Assembly: GCA_028711165.1 (NCBI GenBank)
Contig: JAQTST010000001.1
Span: 149,872 to 213,871, forward strand
Reading direction: 5' to 3'
DNA length: 64,000 nt
Source: Candidatus Nanoarchaeia archaeon
GTDB lineage: Archaea; Nanobdellota; Nanobdellia; Pacearchaeales; GW2011-AR1
Made by a program: the position numbers and the translations under genes. Under the pieces are notes generated by a model, which was not told the DNA's origin, made no database searches, and saw only the letters and a list, made by a program, of their open reading frames with translations. Shown here piece after piece: positions 8,419 to 18,900 of this stretch; within the stretch, counting starts at the first letter, position 1, and each line of letters begins with the position of its first letter.

Positions 8419-9813
8419 ATGGATATTAAAAAAAGAGGTTTTGCCGTCGGTGCAATAATTTTTGTATCAATTATTCTTTCAAGCAATTTTATTTTAGCGG
8501 AATGGACTGAAGATTTGAATGAAGATTTAGTTGCTTATTATAAAATGGATAGTATCACTTCAGGGATTATAATTGATTCTGTGAATGGTTTTAACGGAGT
8601 ATTGAACAATTCTCCTACATTAGATTCGGGGGGAAAAATTGGAAATGGAATAAAGTTTAATGGAATCAATCAGTTTGCTGAGATACCTCACAATCCTGGT
8701 TTTAATATTCAAAATATAACTATTTCGGTGTGGGTTCGGCTTAATTCAACGCCAACTTTAACTCCCTATGATGCTGCGACAGTTATATCTAAGGATAGAG
8801 ACGACGGAAGAAGTTGGGCGATAAATTCTGGATTGAATATTAGTTCTAATTGGTCTGCATACATAAATAATGGTGCTCCCACTTTAGTTGCGAAAGGAGG
8901 AGAACTTACACTTAATAACTGGACGCATATAATCATGACTAAAAATTCTACTGCCCTTTATATATACATTAATGGAATTTTGGTTGGACAAAGTAGTGCT
9001 AGTCCTGCAATAGCCGAGACTACTGTCCCAATTCAAATTGGAGCTACTGCTTTTAGTGTAATGCGAAGATTTCTTAACGGGACAATAGATGAGATTGGAA
9101 TTTGGGATAGGAGTTTAACCTCTTCGGAAATTTCTCAGTTATATAATAATGGAAATGGAATAACTTATACAACTGATTTTTCAATTCCCCCAAATCAATC
9201 TGAATTCTGGACATTAAATGGGACAAAGTTGTATCCTTCTAATTTAAATTATTTTGTCGGTATCGGAACTTCAAATCCGACGACGGCTTTAGAAGTTATC
9301 GGAAATATTCTTGCAAGTAATAGTATTTCTTTGGGTAATAATAGTTTGAGGTTGGGAACACAGGATGCTTACGGAAGATATCAGATATGGAATTTCCTGC
9401 CGAATAGTGTTTTAAGATTAGGTTCGCTAGGTTCTGATGGAGACCCGCAGACAGTATCTTCTGAAGGTATTGTTGTATACGGTAAAAATGCACAGGGAGA
9501 CACAATGTCTTCTCCGGATTTTGGTTATGCGAGAGTAAAACCAGACAGAATTGGACTTTATACTTCTAAAGATGACATAGCAGATTATTATTTCCGAGTT
9601 GACCCAACTAGCTTGTATCTGAAAAATAATTCGTTTACAAAGATGTTTGAAGTAATTAGAGAAACTGGTTTGGTAAATGCAAAGGCAGGTTATTCTGTTG
9701 ATAGCCAGGCAGGAATAACAGATAATACTGGTTTCTGGATGTGCAAGGATTCAAACTGTTCTACAACTTGCCAAGCGGATATCAAAGGCGGAATAATTGT
9801 CGGGTGTAATTAA
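8419..9813 (+). CDS. secreted LamG/concanavalin-A-like lectin-domain protein
   Basis: Signal/TM segment. LamG_3-like blocks LVAYYKMD, GKIGNGIKFNG, ITISVWV and DEIGIWDRSLTSSEISQLYNNG. The C-terminal half contains VGIGTSNPTTALEV, a motif common in fibre-like proteins. Confidence 0.65.
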   Translation: MDIKKRGFAVGAIIFVSIILSSNFILAEWTEDLNEDLVAYYKMDSITSGIIIDSVNGFNGVLNNSPTLDSGGKIGNGIKFNGINQFAEIPHNPGFNIQNITISVWVRLNSTPTLTPYDAATVISKDRDDGRSWAINSGLNISSNWSAYINNGAPTLVAKGGELTLNNWTHIIMTKNSTALYIYINGILVGQSSASPAIAETTVPIQIGATAFSVMRRFLNGTIDEIGIWDRSLTSSEISQLYNNGNGITYTTDFSIPPNQSEFWTLNGTKLYPSNLNYFVGIGTSNPTTALEVIGNILASNSISLGNNSLRLGTQDAYGRYQIWNFLPNSVLRLGSLGSDGDPQTVSSEGIVVYGKNAQGDTMSSPDFGYARVKPDRIGLYTSKDDIADYYFRVDPTSLYLKNNSFTKMFEVIRETGLVNAKAGYSVDSQAGITDNTGFWMCKDSNCSTTCQADIKGGIIVGCN

Positions 9814-9876
9814 TATTGGAAAAATTTAATCTCTTATTATAACAATTCTTAAATATCTCCTGAACCCATTTTTTTC

Positions 9877-9903
9877 ATGATAACTTATAACGACATTTAC
9901 GAG
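9877..9903 (+). pseudogene. orphan duplicate of the GINS 5' end (MITYNDIYE), followed by a 70-bp GC-rich insert
   Basis: ATGATAACTTATAACGACATTTACGAG versus ATGATAACCTATAACGATATCTATGAA at 9974-10000. There are 5 differences, all synonymous third positions. The frame from 9877 stops after 36 codons. Confidence 0.45.
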
Positions 9904-9973
9904 ACGCGAGGACACCAAGGTTTCCTTCGCTTAATCTTCCTATTATTTGCTGCTTCAAAAATCGGAGGACTAA

Positions 9974-10531
9974 ATGATAACCTATAACGATATCTATGAA
10001 GCAGAGAAAAAAGAAAGATATTCTGACCAGTTACAGCAATTGCCTAAGAATTTTGTCAGGGAAGTTTCTGATTATCTTAAGGAGAAGAAAGAGATTGCTT
10101 CTAAAGAGAATGATATTTTTTCCGACGTGATTGTGAAGACAAAGAAACAGCTTGAGAATGCTGTGCTTTTATTTAAACAACTTATTCTTCGGAGAAAGAA
10201 AAAAATTCTTCAGCTGGTTCTTATTGCGTCTGAGACAGGAATTTCAAAACAGGATTTTGACAACATGCTTTCATTCGAGAAAACTTTATTTGAGGAACTT
10301 ATGAAATCAATTGATTTTTCTGACAAGAAACTTAGCGACATGCTCAGCGGGGGAAATGAGGAACAACTGCAAAAAAATGATATGATTATTTTTAAGGAAC
10401 ACGTCGAGGAATTTATCGGACTTGACGGGGAAAAAATGGGCGCTTTTGAAAAAGGGGAAATTGCAAATATTCCGAAGGAGATTGCTAAGATTTTAATTGA
10501 TTCTGGGAAAGCTGAGTTGGTTGAAGAATAA
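9974..10531 (+). CDS. GINS complex subunit (Gins51/Gins15-like)
   Basis: N-terminal LQQLPKNFVREVSDYL helical domain and C-terminal B-domain-like VEEFIGLDGEKMGAFEKGEIANIPKEIAKILIDSGKAELV. Strong GGAGGA Shine-Dalgarno sequence 4 nt upstream. Confidence 0.65.
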   Translation: MITYNDIYEAEKKERYSDQLQQLPKNFVREVSDYLKEKKEIASKENDIFSDVIVKTKKQLENAVLLFKQLILRRKKKILQLVLIASETGISKQDFDNMLSFEKTLFEELMKSIDFSDKKLSDMLSGGNEEQLQKNDMIIFKEHVEEFIGLDGEKMGAFEKGEIANIPKEIAKILIDSGKAELVEE

Positions 10532-10581
10532 TCGCTTTGTAAAATATAAATTATTAAAAAGGGAAAACAATTAATTTTTTT

Positions 10582-10848
10582 ATGGCACATTATGGAAGAA
10601 AAGATTGCGAACATGAATGGCGATATAGAAAAGATGGCTGGGAAGAAGGGTGTGTTCCTGCAATCTGCATCGAATGCGGAGCTTTCGGCTGCATGTGTGA
10701 TATTCAAGGGAAAAAACCTTCCAAAGAAATTTTCTTTGATGGATACAACTCTGATGCAAATATCAACGGCAAATGGGAAAATCCTTATGTTAAACCAAAA
10801 CCTGGAGAAGTTCCTACCAAGAAGACTATTGAGGAGAAAGTAAAATAA
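10582..10848 (+). CDS. hypothetical Cys-rich small protein
   Basis: CEHEW...CVPAICIECGAFGCMC cysteine cluster. Preferred over the overlapping alternative frame 10592-10843. Confidence 0.4.
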   Translation: MAHYGRKDCEHEWRYRKDGWEEGCVPAICIECGAFGCMCDIQGKKPSKEIFFDGYNSDANINGKWENPYVKPKPGEVPTKKTIEEKVK

Positions 10849-10886
10849 TTCTATACATTTAAAAATTCAAGACAGATTATCTATTC

Positions 10887-11210
10887 ATGGAACAAAAAAT
10901 TATCGTTACAACTGGGAATGATATTCCCGGGAAAAAATTGAGGGTGATGGGAATCGTCCGAGGGAATACAGTGAGAAGCAGACATATCGGAAGAGATATT
11001 ATGGCAAGTTTGAAAATGATTATTGGAGGAGAGATAAAAACTTTTACAGATTTGATTTCAAAATCGAGAGATGAAGCTTACAACAGAATGTTAAATGAAG
11101 CAACAGAACTTGGAGCAGACGGAATTATTGCAATGAGGTTCGGAACTTCTTCAATCATGGCTGGTTCTTCAGAACTTTTAGCTTATGGAACTGCTGTGAA
11201 ATTTGTTTAA
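10887..11210 (+). CDS. YbjQ/UPF0145 family protein
   Basis: Full-length match to the family pattern (GIVRGNTVRSRHIGRDI...GGEI...AYNRMLNEATELGADGIIAMRF...AYGTAVKF). Confidence 0.85.
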   Translation: MEQKIIVTTGNDIPGKKLRVMGIVRGNTVRSRHIGRDIMASLKMIIGGEIKTFTDLISKSRDEAYNRMLNEATELGADGIIAMRFGTSSIMAGSSELLAYGTAVKFV

Positions 11211-11461
11211 TTTTTTCCATAGATAATCGACTGGACAAAAAGCGTGAACCATAAAGTTCCGCTGATAAATGATGTCAAGGCTGAAAAGTATAAATCTAAT
11301 GTTAGATAAATAAAACAAAATAAATAGACTCCAACAAAAAATATTAATCCTGTTGAAACTACTATTGTTTTCTTTTTTGTTTTAAAGCCTCTTATTATCT
11401 GAGGAACTAATGCAAAATTTAGAACTACTGAGATTATTGCTAAAGTTATATCCTGCCACAT
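11207..11461 (-). CDS. SemiSWEET/PQ-loop-like 3-TM membrane protein
   Basis: 84 aa, three TM helices, PQ motif in TM1 (ALVPQIIRGFKTKKK). Confidence 0.5.
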   Translation of the reverse strand: MWQDITLAIISVVLNFALVPQIIRGFKTKKKTIVVSTGLIFFVGVYLFCFIYLTLDLYFSALTSFISGTLWFTLFVQSIIYGKN

Positions 11462-11471
11462 GATTATGAAA

Positions 11472-11543
11472 AGCCTGTAAAGGGATTTGAACCCTTGACC
11501 CCCTGCTTACAGGGCAGGTGCTCTGCCACTGAGCTATACAGGC
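11472..11543 (-). tRNA. tRNA-Thr(UGU)
   Basis: Acceptor GCCTGTA/TACAGGC, D arm GCTC-AGTGGCA-GAGC, anticodon arm CCTGC-CCTGTAA-GCAGG, T arm AAGGG-TTCAAAT-CCCTT. Position 33 is C rather than U. No encoded CCA. Confidence 0.85.
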
Positions 11544-11581
11544 CTTAATAAGAGGAAAGATAAATGGTTTTAAAAGATTTC

Positions 11582-12091
11582 TTATAGAAGTAATTTATGA
11601 TATTTCTTATTTGGGCCTATAAATTTGGACATTATCTCATCATAGGCTGTTTCTTCTTTCCTTGCAGCTGCTGCATATCCCATTTTCTCATTTTTGTCTC
11701 GTGAAAAATAAATGTCTAAAATATACAACGCTGATTTTTCCAAACGCATAGATGCCCAGAAAATATTTGAATCCCAGTTGCTATAATGAAGAGAATCAAT
11801 ACCTTCAAAATCAATTGTTCCACTGAATTTGAGGGGTGTCCTATTTTTCATTTCTTCGATTACATAATTTAATCCTTCAATATAATTCTCGACGGTAATT
11901 CTGTCGGATTTACTTACAGGAGACAATTTTCTGACTTCCCAATTTTTTTCAGAATCAAAATTTTTATACCCTACAACCATTGGAAATTCAAAATTCTTAT
12001 CTATTATTTCTTCTATTTTGTTTTTGAAGTTGTTTAAATCATCAAATTCAATCATCTTGTCTCTCAATTCAAATAACCCTTTTGTTTCCAT
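11582..12091 (-). CDS. hypothetical protein
   Basis: 169-aa ORF in a dense context; no domain recognised. Confidence 0.45.
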   Translation of the reverse strand: METKGLFELRDKMIEFDDLNNFKNKIEEIIDKNFEFPMVVGYKNFDSEKNWEVRKLSPVSKSDRITVENYIEGLNYVIEEMKNRTPLKFSGTIDFEGIDSLHYSNWDSNIFWASMRLEKSALYILDIYFSRDKNEKMGYAAAARKEETAYDEIMSKFIGPNKKYHKLLL

Positions 12092-12140
12092 AATCTATTT
12101 AGATAAAAATCGTTTAAAAGAATTATTGCACTCTAGAAAA

Positions 12141-12674
12141 TTATTTTTCCTTGACTTCAAGAACTCTTATCTCGCAAAGTGATAAAGGATAAATCTTTTT
12201 CAACTTAGAACTTAAAGTTTTTTGCAACTGATTTCTTAATATCTCATCGAATAATGTTTCTGCAGTTCTTTCTTTTACATAATTTAACAATTCTTCTTTT
12301 GCTTTATTTCTCAAAGCTTTTCTTACTGCTCTTGAAACTTTTCTTCTTGTAACCAAAAATGGCTTGATTATTAATTTAGAATCTTTGCTCTGTGCAGAGA
12401 AAGAATCCTCGACATAATTTGTTCCTTTTCTAACCATTCTTCTGATGAAGTAAGGCATGACAATACTTTTTCTTGGAGTTGCAATTGCCTTTTCTCCGTC
12501 GACTTTAACCCTGAAAGTCATCATCACACTTTTCCCCTTAAGCATTCTTGTCAAATCGTATTTCAAATATCTGTTGTCTAATTCTGCAAGTTCGTAAGCC
12601 TGCATTTGCGTTTCTTTATTTATTATCGGCATATCGACGTCGAAGAATTTCTTTTTTCTTTTTGCTTGTGCCAT
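12141..12674 (-). CDS. rps3ae: 30S ribosomal protein S3Ae (eS1)
   Basis: N-terminal KRKKKFFDVDMPII and overall eS1 pattern. Confidence 0.85.
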   Translation of the reverse strand: MAQAKRKKKFFDVDMPIINKETQMQAYELAELDNRYLKYDLTRMLKGKSVMMTFRVKVDGEKAIATPRKSIVMPYFIRRMVRKGTNYVEDSFSAQSKDSKLIIKPFLVTRRKVSRAVRKALRNKAKEELLNYVKERTAETLFDEILRNQLQKTLSSKLKKIYPLSLCEIRVLEVKEK

Positions 12675-12725
12675 TATGAAAATTCTCCTGAATTTTTATT
12701 TGTGCTGAATGATAGTTCTGCCATT

Positions 12726-13037
12726 TTATTCCTGTATTAATTTACCTGTCCTTTGTCCTTTTCTCTGGTATTTAGATTTTCCGCATGTTATACATGTGTA
12801 CATAAGATTAGTTTTTTTAGTAGTTTTTGATTTTCTTTTGAACTTAGAAACTGCGGGTTTACTTCCCCATTTTCCTTTGTTGCCGATTCCTCTTCCTTTG
12901 CCTCTTAATTTTGCTCTGCTAATTGAACCTCTTGTAAGAGTTCCTCTTTTATTTCCTGTACCTACTATCTTTATTTTCTGTTCTGTTTTTGCCTTGCAAT
13001 AAGGACAAAATCTTTTAGTTGTCTTTGGAATCTTCAT
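12726..13037 (-). CDS. rpl44e: 50S ribosomal protein L44e (eL42)
   Basis: MKIPKTTKRFCPYCKAKTEQKI ... CITCGKS zinc-ribbon pairs. Start moved to ATG 13037; the track ORF begins at an upstream GTG. Confidence 0.85.
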   Translation of the reverse strand: MKIPKTTKRFCPYCKAKTEQKIKIVGTGNKRGTLTRGSISRAKLRGKGRGIGNKGKWGSKPAVSKFKRKSKTTKKTNLMYTCITCGKSKYQRKGQRTGKLIQE

Positions 13038-13106
13038 TAAAAAGAAAAGAGAATTTGGGTTTTTAAAGTTTAACCTCCCCACCCCTCTTGAGAAAAGAAA
13101 ATTGTA

Positions 13107-13670
13107 TCACCTCTTTTTCAGAAAAAAGAAAGTAGCAATTAATCCTCCGATGAACAAAATTGCTCCAATAATCTTTGATGTTGGAATCGCAATATTTCCA
13201 ATTGCATTTCCAGTTACATTGGAAGATAGAAAAAATAATCCTGCTAGGGAAATTCCTGCTCCAATAATCAAATATAATCTGGATGTTAAACCTTTTTCTT
13301 CTCCCTTTTGCATTTCTCGTGCCTTTTTTATTATCTTGTCTGCTTCTTTTTTATCCATTTTTCCTAAATCGGGAATAGTAGGTTCACCAAATCCAATACT
13401 ATAATCAAACTTGGGTTTTATAATTTCATTAATATATTTTGGATTAATCTTTAACTGAAAAGCTTTTCTATAAATTCCATCTAAAAAAACTGCCCTATCT
13501 ACAATTCTATTTATAATATAATCTTTTTCTTTCGGAGGTATCCACTCTTTGTTATGATTTATTACCTTATCTATCGCAGCCGATTCTTCTATACGTTCTT
13601 CTGGGAGACCTAAAGATGAAGCACGAGATTTCAACTCTTTTTTAATAGTTCTATAATAACTATCTTTCAT
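13107..13670 (-). CDS. hypothetical protein with two C-terminal TM helices
   Basis: ORF with a soluble N-terminal part and C-terminal GAGISLAGLFFL / IIGAILFIGGLIATFFFL helices. Confidence 0.45.
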   Translation of the reverse strand: MKDSYYRTIKKELKSRASSLGLPEERIEESAAIDKVINHNKEWIPPKEKDYIINRIVDRAVFLDGIYRKAFQLKINPKYINEIIKPKFDYSIGFGEPTIPDLGKMDKKEADKIIKKAREMQKGEEKGLTSRLYLIIGAGISLAGLFFLSSNVTGNAIGNIAIPTSKIIGAILFIGGLIATFFFLKKR

Positions 13671-13715
13671 ATTCTATCTTGGTTATCCTACTTTTTATAT
13701 TTTTAGAAATAAAAA

Positions 13716-13787
13716 TGGTCCCACACAGAATCGGACTGTGATCTTGTCCACGTCAAGGACACGTCTTAGCCATTGGACTATGGGACC
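13716..13787 (-). tRNA. tRNA-Val(GAC)
   Basis: Acceptor GGTCCCA/TGGGACC+A, anticodon arm TGTCC-TTGACGT-GGACA, T arm CACAG-TCCGATT-CTGTG (non-canonical T loop). 72 nt. Confidence 0.85.
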
Positions 13788-13855
13788 GCCAGATTGCCTG
13801 ATATAATTTCTTAGTAGAAAGAAATGTTTAAAAAGTTTGTTTATTCATTTTATTT

Positions 13856-14062
13856 ATGGCAATGAAAATTGGGGGGATTTTATTTTTTGTAAATTTAATT
13901 ATAGGATTATATTTTTTAAATCTTGGGTTCAATTTGATTGTTCTTCCTGCAGCAATCTCTTCAGTTCTAACTACGCCAATGTATGTTGTCGGCGGAATTT
14001 TGCTAATCATCGGCGGATATTTTTCTATGAGAGCAACAACTCCGATGATAAGAAGATTTTAA
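13856..14062 (+). CDS. hypothetical small membrane protein
   Basis: 68 aa with two hydrophobic helices. Preferred over the overlapping frame 13837-14094. Confidence 0.35.
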   Translation: MAMKIGGILFFVNLIIGLYFLNLGFNLIVLPAAISSVLTTPMYVVGGILLIIGGYFSMRATTPMIRRF

Positions 14063-14136
14063 TTATTAACCTCGATAATTACAAAATTAATTAATTTTCC
14101 AATAAGATTTATATACGTAAATTCCATTATTTGTCT

Positions 14137-15981
14137 ATGCTAAAAAGAGAGGGAAATCGCAGAGCTCAAGTTACAATTTTTATCATTATTGCAATAATTA
14201 TTGTTGCAGGAGTGGCAATTTTTTTGGCTGTCAGAGGAGGAATAAGCATTGTGCAGATTCCTGCAAACATCCAGCCGGTTTACAACACATTTTTGTCATG
14301 CCTGGAAGATAAAACAAAAACCGGAATTGATTTATTAGAAAGTCAGGCAGGCTACATTGAACTTCCTGAATTCGAACCTGGTTCTGTTTACATGCCTTTT
14401 TCATCGCAGTTAAATTTTTTGGGAAATCCAATTCCTTACTGGTATTATGTTTCTGCAAATAATCTGCAAAAAGAACAAATGCCTTCAGAACAGGATATGG
14501 AAAAATCTCTGGAGAGTTTTATCGACGACAGAATAAGAGAATGCGACTTTTCAAGTTATTATCAGGAAGGATTTGAAATTGTCCAGAAAACACCGACTGC
14601 AAATGTTGATATAAGAAGCAGCGACGTCAATGTCAGATTAAATATGAATATGGAAATTACAAAAGGGGAAGATACTGCTCTTGTAACCAGCCACGAGACA
14701 ACTGTCAAATCTAATCTTGGAGCTCTCTACAACTCGGCAAAAACTCTTTATCAGAAAGAACAGAAAGAATTATTTTTAGAAGATTACGCGATTGACAATG
14801 TAAGGTTATACGCTCCTGTCGACGGAGTTGAAATAAGCTGCAGTCCTAAAACCTGGAACACCAACGAAATTTTCAGCAATCTTCAGGATGCCATCGAGAC
14901 AAATACTCTTGCACTTACTACCACGACACCGACGACAAATGACGGAAGATATTTTTATGTCAGTGCAGGAATTGGCACAAATGCGAGATTTATCAATTCA
15001 AAAAGCTGGGCTTACAGCATTGAAGTTCTTCCGTCGCAGAACAGCTTGCTGATTGCAAATCCTGTCGGAAACCAGCAGGGACTTGGAATTTTAGGATTCT
15101 GTTATGTTCCTTATCATTTTGTTTACAATGTTAAATATCCTGTTTTAGTGCAGGTTTACAACGGAGATGAAATTTTCCAGTTTCCCGTCGCTGTTCTAGT
15201 TCAGGGAAACAAACCAAGAGAGCCATTAACAGCAAATGCAGAGACAATTACTCCTGAATTATGTCCATACAAAAACACCGAAGTGACTGTGAGAACTTAT
15301 GATACTGCACTTAATCCTATCAACTCTTTAGTTTCTTACGAATGCTTCAGTGAGAGCTGTGCTATCGGCAATACAGTTTCAGGAATCCTTACAGCAGATT
15401 TCCCGCAATGCAGCAACGGTTACATAACTGCAAGAGCTGACGGATATCAAGAAACAAGAACTTTATTCTCGACGATTCAGGAAGGAAGCGCTACAATCGT
15501 AATGAACAAACTTTATGATTTGAATGTCGCATTAAAATTAGGCGGGAATAATTATGACGGAAAAGCGTTCATTTATTTTGTCTCCGACGATAATTCAAAA
15601 ACAATTTCTTATCCTGAACAGAAAAAGGTTAAACTTTCCGAAGGAACTTATGATGTTTCAGTTTACATTTATCGTGATTCTTCATTACAGCTTCAGGAAA
15701 CAACTACTCAGGAATGCGTTGATGTTCCAAGTTCAGGAATCGGGGGAATCTTTGGAATCACAGAGAAAAATTGCTTTGATGTGAAGATTCCGTCGCAGTT
15801 AGTTACAAATGTTCTTGCGGGGGGAGGAAAGCAGGAATATAACGCAGTTGAAAGCCAGTTAAGCGGTTCGAATACTATCGAGATAAATGCACAGCAGTTC
15901 ACAACACCTACGACAATTGAACAGCTTCAGAATAATTACCTTTCATTTGACAATTCAGGATTGGACATTACATTAAGATGA
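14137..15981 (+). CDS. large secreted/membrane-anchored hypothetical protein (614 aa), partner of the giant ORF
   Basis: N-terminus KREGNRRAQVTIFIIIAIIIVAGVAIFLAV, which resembles a class III (pilin-like) signal/anchor. Stop overlaps the start of the 2340-aa ORF (ATGA at 15978-15981). TATA-like ATTTATATA about 25 nt upstream. Confidence 0.7.
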   Translation: MLKREGNRRAQVTIFIIIAIIIVAGVAIFLAVRGGISIVQIPANIQPVYNTFLSCLEDKTKTGIDLLESQAGYIELPEFEPGSVYMPFSSQLNFLGNPIPYWYYVSANNLQKEQMPSEQDMEKSLESFIDDRIRECDFSSYYQEGFEIVQKTPTANVDIRSSDVNVRLNMNMEITKGEDTALVTSHETTVKSNLGALYNSAKTLYQKEQKELFLEDYAIDNVRLYAPVDGVEISCSPKTWNTNEIFSNLQDAIETNTLALTTTTPTTNDGRYFYVSAGIGTNARFINSKSWAYSIEVLPSQNSLLIANPVGNQQGLGILGFCYVPYHFVYNVKYPVLVQVYNGDEIFQFPVAVLVQGNKPREPLTANAETITPELCPYKNTEVTVRTYDTALNPINSLVSYECFSESCAIGNTVSGILTADFPQCSNGYITARADGYQETRTLFSTIQEGSATIVMNKLYDLNVALKLGGNNYDGKAFIYFVSDDNSKTISYPEQKKVKLSEGTYDVSVYIYRDSSLQLQETTTQECVDVPSSGIGGIFGITEKNCFDVKIPSQLVTNVLAGGGKQEYNAVESQLSGSNTIEINAQQFTTPTTIEQLQNNYLSFDNSGLDITLR

Positions 15982-18900
15982 CAAGAAAAAAAATAATCTT
16001 CGGAATGTTTTTCGTATTTGTAATTTTATTTCTCCAGTTCATTTCTGCTGACATAATCTCGAATGTCCAGACTTCACAATTTAATCTCGACACAAAAAAA
16101 TCTCTCGACACTTCGCTTTGCCAGGAAGGAAAAGATTTCCTTGTGCAGATTTCTCCGTCGGGATGTGAACCTGCAGTTGTAAGAACTGATTTGCTTGAAG
16201 AAGAAGATGTTCAGGTGTACTGCAAGCTTGGAGCAACACAAATAAATCCTCTGATAGACGTCCAGACAATTGACAGCATTTCATTTTCAGGAACTTACCC
16301 GAAAGAAGTTTCTTCAATAGGATTTCATCCTGCAAAAGCAGCACTCGGTGTAAAGGGAGACTTGAATTCCCCTGTCCTGAATAATATCGGATATGTTGTA
16401 ATCAATTTAAAAAAACAGGCAAATGCTTCTGCAATTCCTGAATTCGTCGAGGGAAAACTGACAGCAAAAATAAAATACAATGTAAAAAGTGCTCTTGGAA
16501 TTGGGAATGCACAGATTTATGTTTCTGACTTGGACAATGCAGACTGGGAAGCAAGAAGATATCAATATAATTTCTGGAACGGAAAAGGAACTTTGAAATC
16601 CGACGGGATAGGAACTGACAATGCGCAGATTTCTGTCTATTCTAATGAAAAGAAAATTTCAAGTGTCAGCCTCAAGAAAGGAGAAACTTCGAGCATGATT
16701 TATCTTCCCGGACTTGAATGTCAGGCAGGAACAAAATTAAAATTGGACGGATTGGAGAGTCCCAACACGCGAGCAATAATAAGAGTAAACGCAGAAGTTG
16801 CTGAGATTGCCGAGGGAGAAAAATTCCTTGACAATAAATGTTCTGTGAAAAATCTTGAATACAGGGGGATTAATCAGCATGTTGATATAAGATGCATTGA
16901 AGACGGCAAGACAAGTGAATTTGGTTTGTCTATAAATCCTAAAATAACTTTAAAACTTGCAGGAAAAGATTTGGGTGTGATAACCAATATTCCCGGAGCT
17001 TATGAAGAAGCAACGAGAGATTACAGCGTCGGTGATTGGTTGTATGACACGACTTATCTTGGCAATCCCGGAAGTGTTTATCTCGCATACATCGGAACAG
17101 ACAGAGATTCAAAAAATGTTGATGATTTGTTTATCTATCTTACTTTCTCACTTTTGAAAAAAGAAAAGCTCAGCGAAGAGGAGATTAGCACTGCAAGTGC
17201 TCTTATTGGAGATTTAAAAGAAGCCGGACAAACTTCTACAGGATACATTGATATTACCAGCGATGCAATAAGCAGATTTGCAGGATTGCTAAACGGAATC
17301 GGGAGAGCAATTGAAAAAGGAGAATATTACTGGAGATTAAACTTTGGAGAAAATCATCAGGTTCCTGAAATTAGCGGGCCGACGATTTCAATAGTTAATT
17401 TAGCAGGAGCAACTGACGCTGAATTAACCGGAAATGCAAAGGAATATTATGACGGTGCAAAAGCAGATTATGAAACTATAAGGGAGAGCTACTCGTCGGA
17501 AACTTACACAAAAGACGAGACTTCAACTTTTGGCGAAGAGGCTTTTTACAACGAGATACTTTTAGCCTGGAATGCAAACCAGAAAAAATTTGCTTATGAT
17601 TTATGCCAGGAGTACATTCAGGCTTATCCTAATTCCAAGAAAGATTTGAGCTACTGCACTGATGCAATAAAACTTGCAAACCAGGATGCTCAGGAAGTTT
17701 ATGTAACAATCAACGGGGAAATAAAAACAATTTCCTTCGACGGAATCAACGAGCCGACTTTCGAGGATTTTGGTGCAACTGTGAGAATAAACGCTCCTGA
17801 CGGAACAGTAAGAAGTTTTGATTTGAAAAAAAATACAATTGTTTATCTCGACAAGAATCAGGAAATTTATGCTGTTCATCCTATAATCGGGGGCGTTGTT
17901 TATTTCAAATATTCCAACGGATGGAGCTGGTCTTATGACAAAGTAACCTGGGTGATTTCTCCTGATGCAAATTCTGCTACTCAGTTAATTAATCAGCTGA
18001 AAGGAAAAACTCTCGACGATGGGAAAACAACTCTGATAAATCAGGGGGCGGTAAAAGAGACTATGGTTATCAATGATTACCTTCAGCTGAATTCTCTCGA
18101 CGATAATTCTGCAACCATAAGGACCAATCTCAACGTTTATGGACTTTCAGAAACAATTGCAAAAGAATTTTCCGGGGGAATAATTACACTCCAGAAAGAT
18201 GTTCCTAAAGATTTGGGGACAGGATATGTCTTTACTTTGACTGATATAAATCTTAAGAAAGTTGCGAAAGTTTCTGTTTTGCCGAATATAAACAACGCAG
18301 GAACAACTGCTGATTTCAGTTTCAAAATTGGAATTGAAAAAAGGGCAATTAATCTTCCTCCTGAACAAGTCAGAAATTTAATCACGACGCTGAACAAGAC
18401 AATAAATGATTGGGAAGGAATTTCATCTACTCTCGGGGGTGTTACACAAGGACTGCAGACAGGATGCCTTGCAGCGGGAGCAGCACTTGTAGCAAAGAAT
18501 TTTTTATTCGGGGTTGGCGGAGAAGGAATTGCAAGACAAACAATAATGAGAGGAAGCAATGGCTGGACAGAAAGATGTGCACAACTTGTAGCGCAGGGAA
18601 CTTATAATTCGCAGGACCAGTGTTACCTTTCAAATGCTGACAAAATTGACAAGGATGTCGTCGCTGTTTCCGGAATTATTGAACAGCAGAATAGCAAGAT
18701 AAAACAAATTGAATCGGGGATAACTCAGGCACAATTTTTGACTGAGAGCATTGTAAACACAACTGCATTTATGGAAAAATACACTCCTCAGGTTAGAAGC
18801 TGTTTAGGAAATCAGAATTATGCAGACCCGAGCGGAAAGGGGACAGCAATCACTACTGACGACTTGAATGCAATCTCCTACGAGAACTGGAAAGTCAAGC

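Noticed and set aside
10592-10843. Alternative-frame ORF overlapping 10582-10848; likewise 13837-14094 versus 13856-14062.
   Set aside because: Only one frame can reasonably be coding. I chose the frame with the Cys cluster and the frame with the cleaner TM-helix pattern respectively, both at low confidence.
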